64,000 nucleotides of DNA from Acidimicrobiales bacterium (lineage in GTDB: Bacteria > Actinomycetota > Acidimicrobiia > Acidimicrobiales > Iamiaceae). A program made the translations under genes and the position numbers. The number at the start of each line of letters is the position of its first letter. Position 1 is the stretch's first letter. The stretch lies in NCBI GenBank assembly GCA_035555395.1, contig DATMGQ010000097.1, positions 4,457 to 68,456 of the forward strand, given 5' to 3'. Below, in pieces: positions 9,410 to 17,978 of this stretch. The notes under the pieces were generated by a model, which saw only the letters and a program-made list of their open reading frames with translations, was not told where the DNA came from and searched no databases.

Positions 9410-10564
9410 ATGAGCGGACCCCTCTCCGGCATCAAGATCGTCGAGATCGCGGGCATCGGCCCCGGTCCCTACGGCGCCATGCTCCTCGCCGACCTCGGCG
9501 CCGACGTCATCCGCATCGACCGCTCGTCGGGCGTCAACGCGTTCGGCCAGGGCCCCGACGCCGAGCCGCCAGCCGACATCCTCGCCCGGGGCCGTCGCTC
9601 GGTCGCCGTGGACCTGAAGCACCCCGACGGCGTCGCCACGGTCCTCGACCTGGTGGCCGAGGCCGACGTGCTGCTCGAGGGCTTCCGTCCCGGCGTCATG
9701 GAGCGCCTCGGGCTCGGCCCGGACGTCTGCCTCGAGCGGAACCCGAAGCTCGTCTACGGCCGCATGACCGGCTGGGGGCAGGAGGGGCCCTACGCCTCCG
9801 CCGCCGGCCACGACATCAACTACATCGCCCTCGCCGGTGCGCTCGAGCCGCTCGGCCGGGCCGGCGAGCAGCCGACGCCGCCGCTCAACCTGGTCGGCGA
9901 CTTCGGCGGCGGCGGGATGATGCTCGCCTTCGGTGTGTGCGCCGCGCTGGTCGAGGTCGCCCGCTCCGGCGAGGGCCAGGTGATCGACGCCGCCATGATC
10001 GACGGCGCCGCCAGCCTCATGACCATGACCTGGTCGTTCAAGCACATGGGCATCTGGGCCGACGAGCGGGGCACGAACATGCTCGACACCGGCGCCCACT
10101 TCTACGACACCTACGAGACCGCCGACGGGAAGTACGTCTCGATCGGCTCCATCGAGCCGCAGTTCTACGCCGAGCTCCTCCGCCTGACCGGCATCGACCC
10201 CGAGTCCCTCCCGAAGCAGATGGACAAGAGCCAGTGGCCGGCGCTCAAGGAGCGCTTCGCCGAGGTGTTCAAGACCAAGACCCGCGACGACTGGTCCGAG
10301 CTGATGGAGCACACCGACGTGTGCTTCGCCCCGGTGCTCGCGATGGACGAGGCGCCCGAGCACCCGCACATCGCCCAGCGCGAGACGTTCACCACGGTCG
10401 CCGGCCTGGTGCAGCCTGCGCCGGTCCCACGCTTCAGCCGCACGCCCGGCAGCATCGAGCGTCCCCCGCCCCACGCCGGCCAGCACACCGACGAGGCGCT
10501 CGCCGCCTGGGGCATCAGCGAGGACCGCATCGCCGAACTGCGCGAGAACAAGGCCATCGTCTGA
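9410..10564 (+). CDS. CaiB/BaiF CoA-transferase family (alpha-methylacyl-CoA racemase-like)
   Basis: GPLSGIKIVEIAGIGPGP, ADLGADVI, EGFRPGVMERLGLG, GHDINY, GDFGGG. Confidence 0.93.
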   Translation: MSGPLSGIKIVEIAGIGPGPYGAMLLADLGADVIRIDRSSGVNAFGQGPDAEPPADILARGRRSVAVDLKHPDGVATVLDLVAEADVLLEGFRPGVMERLGLGPDVCLERNPKLVYGRMTGWGQEGPYASAAGHDINYIALAGALEPLGRAGEQPTPPLNLVGDFGGGGMMLAFGVCAALVEVARSGEGQVIDAAMIDGAASLMTMTWSFKHMGIWADERGTNMLDTGAHFYDTYETADGKYVSIGSIEPQFYAELLRLTGIDPESLPKQMDKSQWPALKERFAEVFKTKTRDDWSELMEHTDVCFAPVLAMDEAPEHPHIAQRETFTTVAGLVQPAPVPRFSRTPGSIERPPPHAGQHTDEALAAWGISEDRIAELRENKAIV

Positions 10565-10571
10565 GGGTTTG

Positions 10572-10706
10572 CTCGTCACTCGTCCGCTGGTGCTCGCTCC
10601 GTTCCGCGAACGGGAGGAAGACCTGACGGCCAGCCCCTTCGCAGCTCGGCACGACGGCGTCGCACCTCGCCGGCCCGGAGTGAGGCGCAGCCGAACGAGT
10701 GACGAG
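10572..10706. repeat. intergenic element bounded by 12-bp terminal inverted repeats (MITE/REP-like)
   Basis: ctcgtcactcgt (10572-10583) ... acgagtgacgag (10695-10706). Confidence 0.5.
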
Positions 10707-10731
10707 ACATCGCCGGTAGCGTGCGGGGCCT

Positions 10732-11601
10732 ATGGGAACCATCGTCAGCTTCCACGCCCACCCCGATGACGAGTCGATCGGGACCGGGGGCACGCTCGCC
10801 CTCGCGGCCGACGCGGGCCACCGGGTCGTCCTCGTGTTCGGCACTCGCGGCGAGCTCGGCGAGCCCGTGCCCGGCGTGCTCGACGAGGGCGAGCAGCTGG
10901 CGCTGCGGCGCACCGCCGAGGTGTTCCGGTCCGCTGAGGTGCTCGGCGTCGACCGGGTGGAGTTCCTGGGCTGGATGGACTCCGGGATGATCGGCGAGGC
11001 CACGAACGACGTGCCCGGCACGTTCTGGCAGGCCGACGTGGAGCACGCCGCTCGGCGGCTGGCGGTCATCCTCGAGGAGGAGTCGCCCGACGTTCTCACG
11101 ATCTACGACGAGAACGGCGGCTACGGCCACCCGGACCACATCCAGGTCCACCGGGTGGGCCAGCGGGCGGCCGAGCTGGTCGACGTGCCGGTGGTGGCGC
11201 AGGGCACCATGAACCGCGACCGCATCCAGGAGGCCATGGCGATGGCCAAGGACGCCGGGCTCGATGTGCCCGATGCGGCCATCACCGACGAGGAGCAGCC
11301 GCCCGAGGGGCTCACGGCCGAGGAGGGCGTCACCGCGGCGGTCACCTTCGGCAAGTCCGAGGCCGAGCTCACCCACGTGGTCGACACCACGTCGGTCATC
11401 ACCCGGAAGCGGGCCTCGATGCTCGCCCACGCCAGCCAGATCGGCCCGGACCACTTCATGGCGGCGATGCCCGACGAGATCTTCGCCTTCGTGTTCGGGC
11501 CGGAGTGGTTCATCCTCGAGCACCGCCACGAGGGCGACCTGCCGCCGATCGTGAGCGAGCTGTTCCAGCCCAAGCCGGTCGCCGAGCCCGAGCCGGCGTA
11601 G
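10732..11601 (+). CDS. PIG-L family deacetylase (MshB/Mca-like)
   Basis: FHAHPDDE, TRGELGE, DSGM, GGYGHPDHIQVH, AHASQI. Confidence 0.92.
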   Translation: MGTIVSFHAHPDDESIGTGGTLALAADAGHRVVLVFGTRGELGEPVPGVLDEGEQLALRRTAEVFRSAEVLGVDRVEFLGWMDSGMIGEATNDVPGTFWQADVEHAARRLAVILEEESPDVLTIYDENGGYGHPDHIQVHRVGQRAAELVDVPVVAQGTMNRDRIQEAMAMAKDAGLDVPDAAITDEEQPPEGLTAEEGVTAAVTFGKSEAELTHVVDTTSVITRKRASMLAHASQIGPDHFMAAMPDEIFAFVFGPEWFILEHRHEGDLPPIVSELFQPKPVAEPEPA

Positions 11602-11613
11602 CGGGGAGCTGGC

Positions 11614-12168
11614 GTGGCGCGCCTGCACCTCGTCCGCCACGGCCACGCCGCCGCGAGCTGGACCGACCACCTCGACCCCGGCCTCGATGACGCGGGCCGC
11701 GCTCAGGCCGATGCCGTCGCCCGGGAGCTCTCGGCGCTGGCACCGCAGCCGATCTGGTCCTCGCCGCTGCTGCGGACCCAGCAGACCGCGGCGCCGCTGG
11801 CCGAGGCTTGGTCGACGGCCATCGGCATCGCGCCGGCCTTCGGCGAGGTCCCGTCGCCCACCACGGACCCGGGGGAGCGGGGCGCCTGGCTGGCGGCAGC
11901 GATGGTCTCGCACTGGGCCGACCTCGGCGCCGCTGTGGCCGCGTGGCGCGAGCGCCTGCTCGACGCCGTGCGGACCGCTGACGCCGACGCCGTCGTGTTC
12001 ACCCACTTCGTCGCCATCAACGCCGTCGTGGCCGCGGCGGAGGACCGGTCCGAGGTGATGGTGTTCGCCCCGGCCAACGGGTCGATCACGGTCGTCGACG
12101 TCGATCCGTCCACGGGTGCGGCCACCGTGGTGCGCCGCGGACGGGAGTCGACCCCCGAGTTGGGGTGA
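11614..12168 (+). CDS. histidine phosphatase family protein
   Basis: LVRHG, SSPLLRTQQTA, VFTHF. Confidence 0.9.
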   Translation: MARLHLVRHGHAAASWTDHLDPGLDDAGRAQADAVARELSALAPQPIWSSPLLRTQQTAAPLAEAWSTAIGIAPAFGEVPSPTTDPGERGAWLAAAMVSHWADLGAAVAAWRERLLDAVRTADADAVVFTHFVAINAVVAAAEDRSEVMVFAPANGSITVVDVDPSTGAATVVRRGRESTPELG

Positions 12169-12222
12169 CCCGCGCGCTACCGTCGTCCCCAGTTCATCTG
12201 GATGTTGGGGAGCGTTCACCAC

Positions 12223-13518
12223 ATGGGTCACCGTCGGTTCATCGCACTGGCCTCGGCTGCAGCCGCACTCGCTGCGACCGCGGTCGTCATCGGCTCACCG
12301 GTGAGCAGCCGCCCGAGCGCGCCGGCGGCCCCGGTCGCGGTGGCGGGCGTCGACGACGACGTGCACCTGAACGAGATCCAGGTGGTCGGCAGCCACAACT
12401 CGTACAAGAAGATGGTGTCGGACAAGGAGGAGGCGCTCCGCCGGCAGTTCATCAACGGTGCCGCCGACCTCATGCAGTACCAGCACGAGCCGCTGGGCAC
12501 GCAGTTCCAGAGCCGCAAGGTGCGCCAGATCGAGCTCGACGTGTACCTCGACCAGTCCGGTGGGCTCTACGCCGACCCGCTGCTCCGGGGCGCGGCCGGC
12601 GTCGGCCCGTACGACCCGAAGATGAACGAGCCCGGCATCAAGGTCCTGCACATCCAAGACGTCGACTACGCCAGCACCTGCCTGACCTTCGTCGACTGCC
12701 TGCAGGCCATCAAGACCTGGAGCGACGCCAACCCGAGCCACGTGCCGCTCGCCGTGCTGGTCGAGCTCAAGGACGACCCGCTCGACTTCCCGGGCTTCAC
12801 CTTCACGGCGCCCGAGAAGTGGACGGCGGCGAACATCGGCTCCGTCGACGACGAGATCCGCTCCGTCATGGACGACAGCGATCTGCTGACGCCCGACGAC
12901 GTCCGGGGCTCCCACGCCACCCTGAACGAGGCCGTCACCACCGACGGCTGGCCCACGCTCGGCGCGAGCCGCGGCAAGACGATGTTCCTCATGGACAACG
13001 GCGGCGGCTACCGCAGCAACTACCTGAGCGGGCACCCCAACCTCGAGGGCCGGGTGCTCTTCACGAACGCGGATCCGGGCGACCCCGACGCCGCGTTCAT
13101 CAAGCGCAACGACCCGTTCGACGCCAGCATCACCGGCCTGGTGCAGCAGGGCTACGTCGTGCGCACCCGGTCCGACGCCGACACGGTCGAGGCCCGCGAG
13201 AACAACACCGGCCCCCGCGACGCCGCCCTGGCGAGCGGTGCGCAGTGGGTGAGCACGGACTACGAGGGCCCCGGCCTGGCGGTCGGGTTCACGACGCCGT
13301 ACGTGGTGGAGATCCCCGGCGGCACCGTGGCCCGGTGCAACCCGGTGCTCGACGTGCCCGGCTGCGACTCGGCGCTGCTCGACACGATCTACACCCCGCT
13401 CGCGCCGCCGACGACGACCACCACGGCGCCGGCCACCACGTCGACCACGGTGGTGGCCACCGATCCGCAGGCCACCGGCGCGGTGCCGGTCTCGGGCGCC
13501 GCCAACTACACCGGCTGA
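12223..13518 (+). CDS. secreted Ca-dependent PI-PLC-like phosphodiesterase with Thr-rich linker and YTG tail
   Basis: signal peptide with RRFI; LNEIQVVGSHNSY, VRQIELDV, VLH..DVD..STC, VRTRSDADT, SGAQWVSTDY; ends GAVPVSGAANYTG. Confidence 0.85.
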   Translation: MGHRRFIALASAAAALAATAVVIGSPVSSRPSAPAAPVAVAGVDDDVHLNEIQVVGSHNSYKKMVSDKEEALRRQFINGAADLMQYQHEPLGTQFQSRKVRQIELDVYLDQSGGLYADPLLRGAAGVGPYDPKMNEPGIKVLHIQDVDYASTCLTFVDCLQAIKTWSDANPSHVPLAVLVELKDDPLDFPGFTFTAPEKWTAANIGSVDDEIRSVMDDSDLLTPDDVRGSHATLNEAVTTDGWPTLGASRGKTMFLMDNGGGYRSNYLSGHPNLEGRVLFTNADPGDPDAAFIKRNDPFDASITGLVQQGYVVRTRSDADTVEARENNTGPRDAALASGAQWVSTDYEGPGLAVGFTTPYVVEIPGGTVARCNPVLDVPGCDSALLDTIYTPLAPPTTTTTAPATTSTTVVATDPQATGAVPVSGAANYTG

Positions 13519-13561
13519 GGCCCGTTTCGCTCGGGCCCCTCCGCTGTGCGAGCGTGACGGC

Positions 13562-13954
13562 GTGCTGATCCTCGCCGCCTCCCAGGCGCTGGTCGACCTC
13601 CACGAGGCGCTGGCGTGGGTCGTCATCATCGGCAACGGCCTCGCCGGCTGCTGGGCCCTCGCCGCGCACCGCGACCCGCGGTTCCGGGTCAAGCAGCTCT
13701 GGTGGTTCACCGCGTTCGCCGAGATCGCCGTCTTCGTCCAGGTGGCGCTCGGCGTCGTGATCCTGCAGTCCCACAAGGGTGACGACTACGGCTTCCACGT
13801 GCTGTACGGGTTCTCGGCCGCGTTCGCGGTCGGGATCATCTACAGCTACCGGGCACAGCTGAAGGAGAAGAAGTACCTGCTCTACGGCTGCGGCGGCCTG
13901 TTCATCATGGGCCTGGGCCTGCGCCTGCTCACGATCGGGCAGGGCGCGATCTGA
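13562..13954 (+). CDS. small 4-TM membrane protein
   Basis: four hydrophobic segments; FHVLYG, GGLFIMGLGLR. Confidence 0.8.
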   Translation: MLILAASQALVDLHEALAWVVIIGNGLAGCWALAAHRDPRFRVKQLWWFTAFAEIAVFVQVALGVVILQSHKGDDYGFHVLYGFSAAFAVGIIYSYRAQLKEKKYLLYGCGGLFIMGLGLRLLTIGQGAI

Positions 13955-13961
13955 CCGTGGG

Positions 13962-14423
13962 TCAGAGGGCGCTGGCGGGCACCCGGCCGTAGCCGACGAG
14001 GTTGCCGGTCCACCACGTGGCGAGGTCGTCCTCGCTGGCGGGCACGCCGGGCTTGTGGGCCTGGATGAGCTTGCCGTTGCCGGCGTAGAGCGCGACGTGG
14101 GTGATGTTCGATGCCGACTTCGAGCTGCTGTAGAAGACGAAGTCGCCGGGCTGGAGGTCGGCCCGCTTGATCTTCGTGGCCCAGGCGTACTGCGCGGCCG
14201 ACGAGCGGGGGAGGGTCACGCCAGCCTGCTTCCAGGCGTAGTAGGTGAGCCCGGAGCAGTCGAAGCCGCCTTCGGCCCGGGACTCGCCACCGCTCCGGTA
14301 CGGCTGGCCGATCTGCTCCCGAGCGGCCTGGACGGCGGTGATCTGCGGGGTGCAGGCGGACAGGCTGCCGGCGCCCACGAGGACGAGGGCGACGAGGGCG
14401 AGCGAGGCGAGGCGGGTCTTCAC
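13962..14423 (-). CDS. NlpC/P60 (C40) peptidoglycan endopeptidase, lipoprotein
   Basis: LSAC lipobox; IGQPY, GFDCSGLT, LPRSS..Q, LQPGDFVF, HVALYAG. Confidence 0.92.
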   Translation of the reverse strand: MKTRLASLALVALVLVGAGSLSACTPQITAVQAAREQIGQPYRSGGESRAEGGFDCSGLTYYAWKQAGVTLPRSSAAQYAWATKIKRADLQPGDFVFYSSSKSASNITHVALYAGNGKLIQAHKPGVPASEDDLATWWTGNLVGYGRVPASAL

Positions 14424-14469
14424 GAAAGCGGGTTCCTGGTGGGACGACAGAAGCGATTGCGTCAGATCA

Positions 14470-14518
14470 GTAACGGCAACATGACGCTGCGATCGGAAAA
14501 CCGTAACGAAACCGCAAT
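14470..14518 (-). promoter_or_regulatory. possible MtrA/OmpR-family direct-repeat sites upstream of NlpC/P60 gene
   Basis: minus strand GTCAT-n6-GTTAC (14470-14485) and a second GTTAC 33 bp away, in an AT-richer intergenic stretch. Confidence 0.3.
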
Positions 14519-14722
14519 ATCGAGTCCAGTCGGGTGAGCACCTCACCCGATTGGCGAGCGGCCGCACCCCATCGGGAGCCGCCGACGCAGGTGCGGGCAC
14601 CGCGCCACGCGCGGCTCGATCCGGCGGCCGCGAAGGCCGTCGAGGCCCGCTCGAGGCGCGCTCGAGGCGCGCTGGAGCCGACCCGTCGTGGCGGCCGGTC
14701 GGCGGGCGGGCCGGGGCGAGGG

Positions 14723-14959
14723 CTAGAGGTTGACCACCGGCATGGTGGTGGTCTTGGTGATGCCCTCGAGCATCTGGACCCGGCTCACCACCAGGCGGCC
14801 GAGCTCGTCCATCGATGCCGCCTCGACCCGGACCACCACGTCGTAGGGCCCGGTCACGTCGTCGGCGGCCACCACGCCCGGGATCTGACGGACCTCGGTG
14901 GCGACGGACGCCGCCTTGGCGACCTCGGTCTGGATCAGGATGTACGCCGTCACGGCCAT
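14723..14959 (-). CDS. stand-alone Lrp/AsnC ligand-binding domain protein
   Basis: MAVTAYILIQTEV..A..V, VTGPYDVVVRVEA, ITKTTTMPVV; 78 aa. Confidence 0.9.
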   Translation of the reverse strand: MAVTAYILIQTEVAKAASVATEVRQIPGVVAADDVTGPYDVVVRVEAASMDELGRLVVSRVQMLEGITKTTTMPVVNL

Positions 14960-15090
14960 GGCTGCCTCCCGGGGCGCTCGCGCTCGTGGCCAGCAACCTA
15001 CAACGGCCGCGCCGGCGGGTGGCCCGTGCCACGATCGGGCCCACGGCCACGACGTTCCGAGGGTGGCCGCCCGTCGCGTCCGCCGTCTAC

Positions 15091-15140
15091 GACCCCACCC
15101 GACCCCGCTGGTGACCCCACCCGACCCGCTGGTGACCCCC
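15091..15140. repeat. short tandem repeat (about 21-22 bp unit, two copies plus partial third)
   Basis: gaccccacccgaccccgctggt / gaccccacccgacccgctggt / gacccccacc followed by C-tract. Confidence 0.7.
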
Positions 15141-15153
15141 ACCCCCCCCCCAC

Positions 15154-15207
15154 CCGAACTTCGTATGCGAGGACGCCCGAACGGGGCCTGAGCCATACGA
15201 AGTTCGG
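15154..15207. repeat. REP-like palindrome with 14-bp arms
   Basis: ccgaacttcgtatg ... catacgaagttcgg. Confidence 0.75.
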
Positions 15208-15258
15208 CGCAGGGAGGTGGGGTGAGGTACGCGAGGTTCGGCGCAGGGGGGGTGGGGT

Positions 15259-15294
15259 GAAAACGGCGAAGGCCGCCCCGGAGGGCGGCCTTCG
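15259..15294 (-). terminator. intrinsic terminator of pckG
   Basis: 12-bp stem cgaaggccgccc/gggcggccttcg followed on minus strand by ccgttttc. Confidence 0.8.
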
Positions 15295-15315
15295 GTCCGA
15301 TCAGGAAGCGTCGAG

Positions 15316-17112
15316 CTAGTTGGCGAGGCGCTTCTGGAGGTCGTTGAGCTCGTCGCGGAGCTCGCCGGGGAGGTGCTCGCCGATGAAGGCGAAGTGCTCC
15401 TCGATCAGCGGGATCTCGCCCCGCCAGGCCTCGTTGTCGACCTTGAGCAGCTCGGCCAGGGTGTCGGGCGACACGCTGTCGAGGCCGGTGACGTCGATGC
15501 CGTCGGGCAGCGGGACCCGGCCGATGGCGGTGTCGACGGCCTCGGCCTCGCCGCTGACGCGCTCGAGGACCCACTTGAGGACCCGGCTGTTCTCGCCGAA
15601 GCCCGGCCAGAGGAACGAGCCGTCGTCGCCCTTGCGGAACCAGTTGACCCAGAACAGCTTCGGGAGCTTGTCGGCGTCGGTGGCCTTGCCGATGTCGAGC
15701 CAGTGCTGCATGTAGTCACCGGCGTTGTAGCCCATGAACGGCAGCATGGCGAAGGGATCGAAGCGGACCTCGCCGATGGTGCCGGCGGCGGCGGCGGTCT
15801 TCTCCGAGCTCATGATCGAGCCGAGGAACGTGCCGTGCTGCCAGTCGAAGGCCTCGGTCACCAGCGGGACGTTGGTGGCGCGGCGGCCGCCGAAGAGGAT
15901 GGCCGAGATCGGGACGCCGGCGGGGTCCTCCCACTTGGGGTCGATCGACGGGCACTGCTCGGCGGGAGCGGTGAAGCGGGCGTTCGGGTGGGCGGCGGGG
16001 GTGCCGGACTCGGGGGTCCAGTCGTTGCCCTTCCAGTCGACGAGGTGCGCCGGGGTCTCGTCGGTCATGCCCTCCCACCAGACGTCGCCGTCGTCGGTCT
16101 TGGCGACGTTGGTGAAGATCGAGTTGGCGTGCAGCGAGGCGATGGCGTTGGGGTTGGTGTCGTCGCCGGTGCCGGGCGCCACGCCGAAGAAGCCGGCCTC
16201 CGGGTTGATGGCGTAGAGCCGGCCGTCCTCGCCGAACTTCATCCAGGCGATGTCGTCGCCGATGGTCTCGCACTTCCAGCCCGGGAGGGTCGGGATGAGC
16301 ATGGCCATGTTGGTCTTGCCGCAGGCGGACGGGAAGGCGCCGGCGACGTACTTCTTCTCGCCGGCCGGGTTGGTGATGCCAACGATGAGCATGTGCTCGG
16401 CCATCCAGCCCTGGTCACGGGCCATGGTCGAGGCGATGCGGAGGGCGAAGCACTTCTTGCCGAGCAGGGCGTTGCCGCCGTAGCCCGAGCCGTAGCTCCA
16501 GATCTCGTTGCTCTCGGGGAAGTGGGAGATGTACTTGTTGTCCGCGTCGCACGGCCACGGCACGTCGGCCTTGCCGTCGGTGAGCGGGTAGCCCACGGAG
16601 TGCAGGCACTTGACCCAGTCGCCGTCGCCGAGGACGTCGAGGGCGCCCTGGCCCATGCGGGTCATGATGCGCATGCTCACGGCCACGTAGGGCGAGTCGG
16701 TGAGCTGGACGCCGATGTGGGCGATGGGCGAGCCGAGCGGGCCCATGGAGAACGGCACCACGTACATGGTGCGGCCCGCCATGGCGCCGCGGTAGTGGCC
16801 GAGGAGGGTCTCCTTCATCTCGGCCGGATCGCGCCAGTTGTTCGTGGGGCCGGCATCGACCTCATCGAGCGAACAGATGTAGGTGCGGTCCTCGACGCGG
16901 GCGACGTCGCCCGGGTCGGAGAGGGCGAGGTAGCTGTTGGGGCGCTTGGCGTCGGACAGCTTCTCGAAGGTGCCGCCGTCGACGAGCAGCTGGCAGAGCG
17001 ACTCGTACTCCTCGGCGGACCCATCGCACCAGTGGATGTCGGTGGGCCCGAAGACCTCGGCCCACTCGGCGACCCACGCCTTGAGCTTCTCGTTGCTGGT
17101 GGTGGCAGTCAT
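15316..17112 (-). CDS. pckG: phosphoenolpyruvate carboxykinase (GTP)
   Basis: [55 protein letters not shown]. Confidence 0.97.
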   Translation of the reverse strand: MTATTSNEKLKAWVAEWAEVFGPTDIHWCDGSAEEYESLCQLLVDGGTFEKLSDAKRPNSYLALSDPGDVARVEDRTYICSLDEVDAGPTNNWRDPAEMKETLLGHYRGAMAGRTMYVVPFSMGPLGSPIAHIGVQLTDSPYVAVSMRIMTRMGQGALDVLGDGDWVKCLHSVGYPLTDGKADVPWPCDADNKYISHFPESNEIWSYGSGYGGNALLGKKCFALRIASTMARDQGWMAEHMLIVGITNPAGEKKYVAGAFPSACGKTNMAMLIPTLPGWKCETIGDDIAWMKFGEDGRLYAINPEAGFFGVAPGTGDDTNPNAIASLHANSIFTNVAKTDDGDVWWEGMTDETPAHLVDWKGNDWTPESGTPAAHPNARFTAPAEQCPSIDPKWEDPAGVPISAILFGGRRATNVPLVTEAFDWQHGTFLGSIMSSEKTAAAAGTIGEVRFDPFAMLPFMGYNAGDYMQHWLDIGKATDADKLPKLFWVNWFRKGDDGSFLWPGFGENSRVLKWVLERVSGEAEAVDTAIGRVPLPDGIDVTGLDSVSPDTLAELLKVDNEAWRGEIPLIEEHFAFIGEHLPGELRDELNDLQKRLAN

Positions 17113-17158
17113 GATCTCTCCGGTGACCGGGGCGGGAAGGCCGCGAGTTTTGGTTGCT

Positions 17159-17398
17159 TCAGACTTCGGGCGGCGGGCCGAAGCCCGGCGTGCCCATGTC
17201 GACCTCGGACCCGAGGCGCAGCCCCGTGGCCCGACCGCTCTCATCGAGGTCGAAGATCACTCGCTGCCCCTGGCGGAGCATGCGAAACGGTGAGCCGTGG
17301 ATCGACCCGGGAGCCAGGTCGTAGTCGGCCAGGTCGGTGTCGCACATGATGATCCCGTCGCCCGTCCCTGGGTCGTACGACTTGATCACACCTTGCAC
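17159..17398 (-). CDS. cold-shock/OB-fold-like small protein
   Basis: GGAGG RBS; [15 protein letters not shown]...[12 protein letters not shown]; lacks canonical GFGF RNP motifs. Confidence 0.7.
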   Translation of the reverse strand: MQGVIKSYDPGTGDGIIMCDTDLADYDLAPGSIHGSPFRMLRQGQRVIFDLDESGRATGLRLGSEVDMGTPGFGPPPEV

Positions 17399-17560
17399 AA
17401 CAACGACCTCCACCTGTGGATGCGGTGTCGCGACCCTAGTGCCGCGCCTCGGCGCGGCGCACGCTGGAGCGGCCCTCGCGGCCATACGAACTTGGGATGC
17501 GGCACATCGGTGCTGGCGATGCGGCCCCGTGGGCACATCGGCAGGGGCGATGGGACGCGA

Positions 17561-17589
17561 CGAAGGCGCCGGGGGACCCGGCGCCTTCG
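17561..17589 (-). terminator. hairpin terminator after rpmB
   Basis: cgaaggcgccggg-gga-cccggcgccttcg. Confidence 0.7.
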
Positions 17590-17614
17590 TGCTCGATCTG
17601 GGAGACCGGAAGGG

Positions 17615-17827
17615 TCAGGCGGAGGTCTTGGCCCGGGTGGCCTTGGTGACCTTGCCGGCCTTCAGGCAGCCGGTGCACACGTTGACCCGGCGAACGGTGC
17701 CGGGCGCCACGACGGCCCGCACGTTCTGGATGTTCGGGCTCCAACGCCGCTTGGTGCGACGGTGCGAGTGGCTCACGCTCATGCCGAACGACGGCTTCTT
17801 GCCGCACACTTCACACGTCGAGGCCAT
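17615..17827 (-). CDS. rpmB: 50S ribosomal protein L28 (Zn-binding form)
   Basis: [41 protein letters not shown]. Confidence 0.97.
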   Translation of the reverse strand: MASTCEVCGKKPSFGMSVSHSHRRTKRRWSPNIQNVRAVVAPGTVRRVNVCTGCLKAGKVTKATRAKTSA

Positions 17828-17978
17828 CACTGCACTCCAGGGTTCGCTACCGATCGACCCGGGTTGGGCCGAGGGACAAATGTACGCGGTGCCGGCCGTT
17901 GCTCACAAGCCGAGCGCCGTCGCAGGTGACGCGCACGTCGTCTGACCGCCCTCCGCGCAGTCAGTAGGCTGCGCCGCC

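Noticed and set aside
14424-14720. c-di-AMP (ydaO) riboswitch upstream of NlpC/P60
   Set aside because: Expected by context, but the conserved GCTGAATCC / GGGGxGAA elements are not visible.
15091-15260. Repeats and C/G tracts as a CRISPR array or phase-variable tract
   Set aside because: Only two tandem units with no spacers, no cas genes, and the tracts are intergenic.
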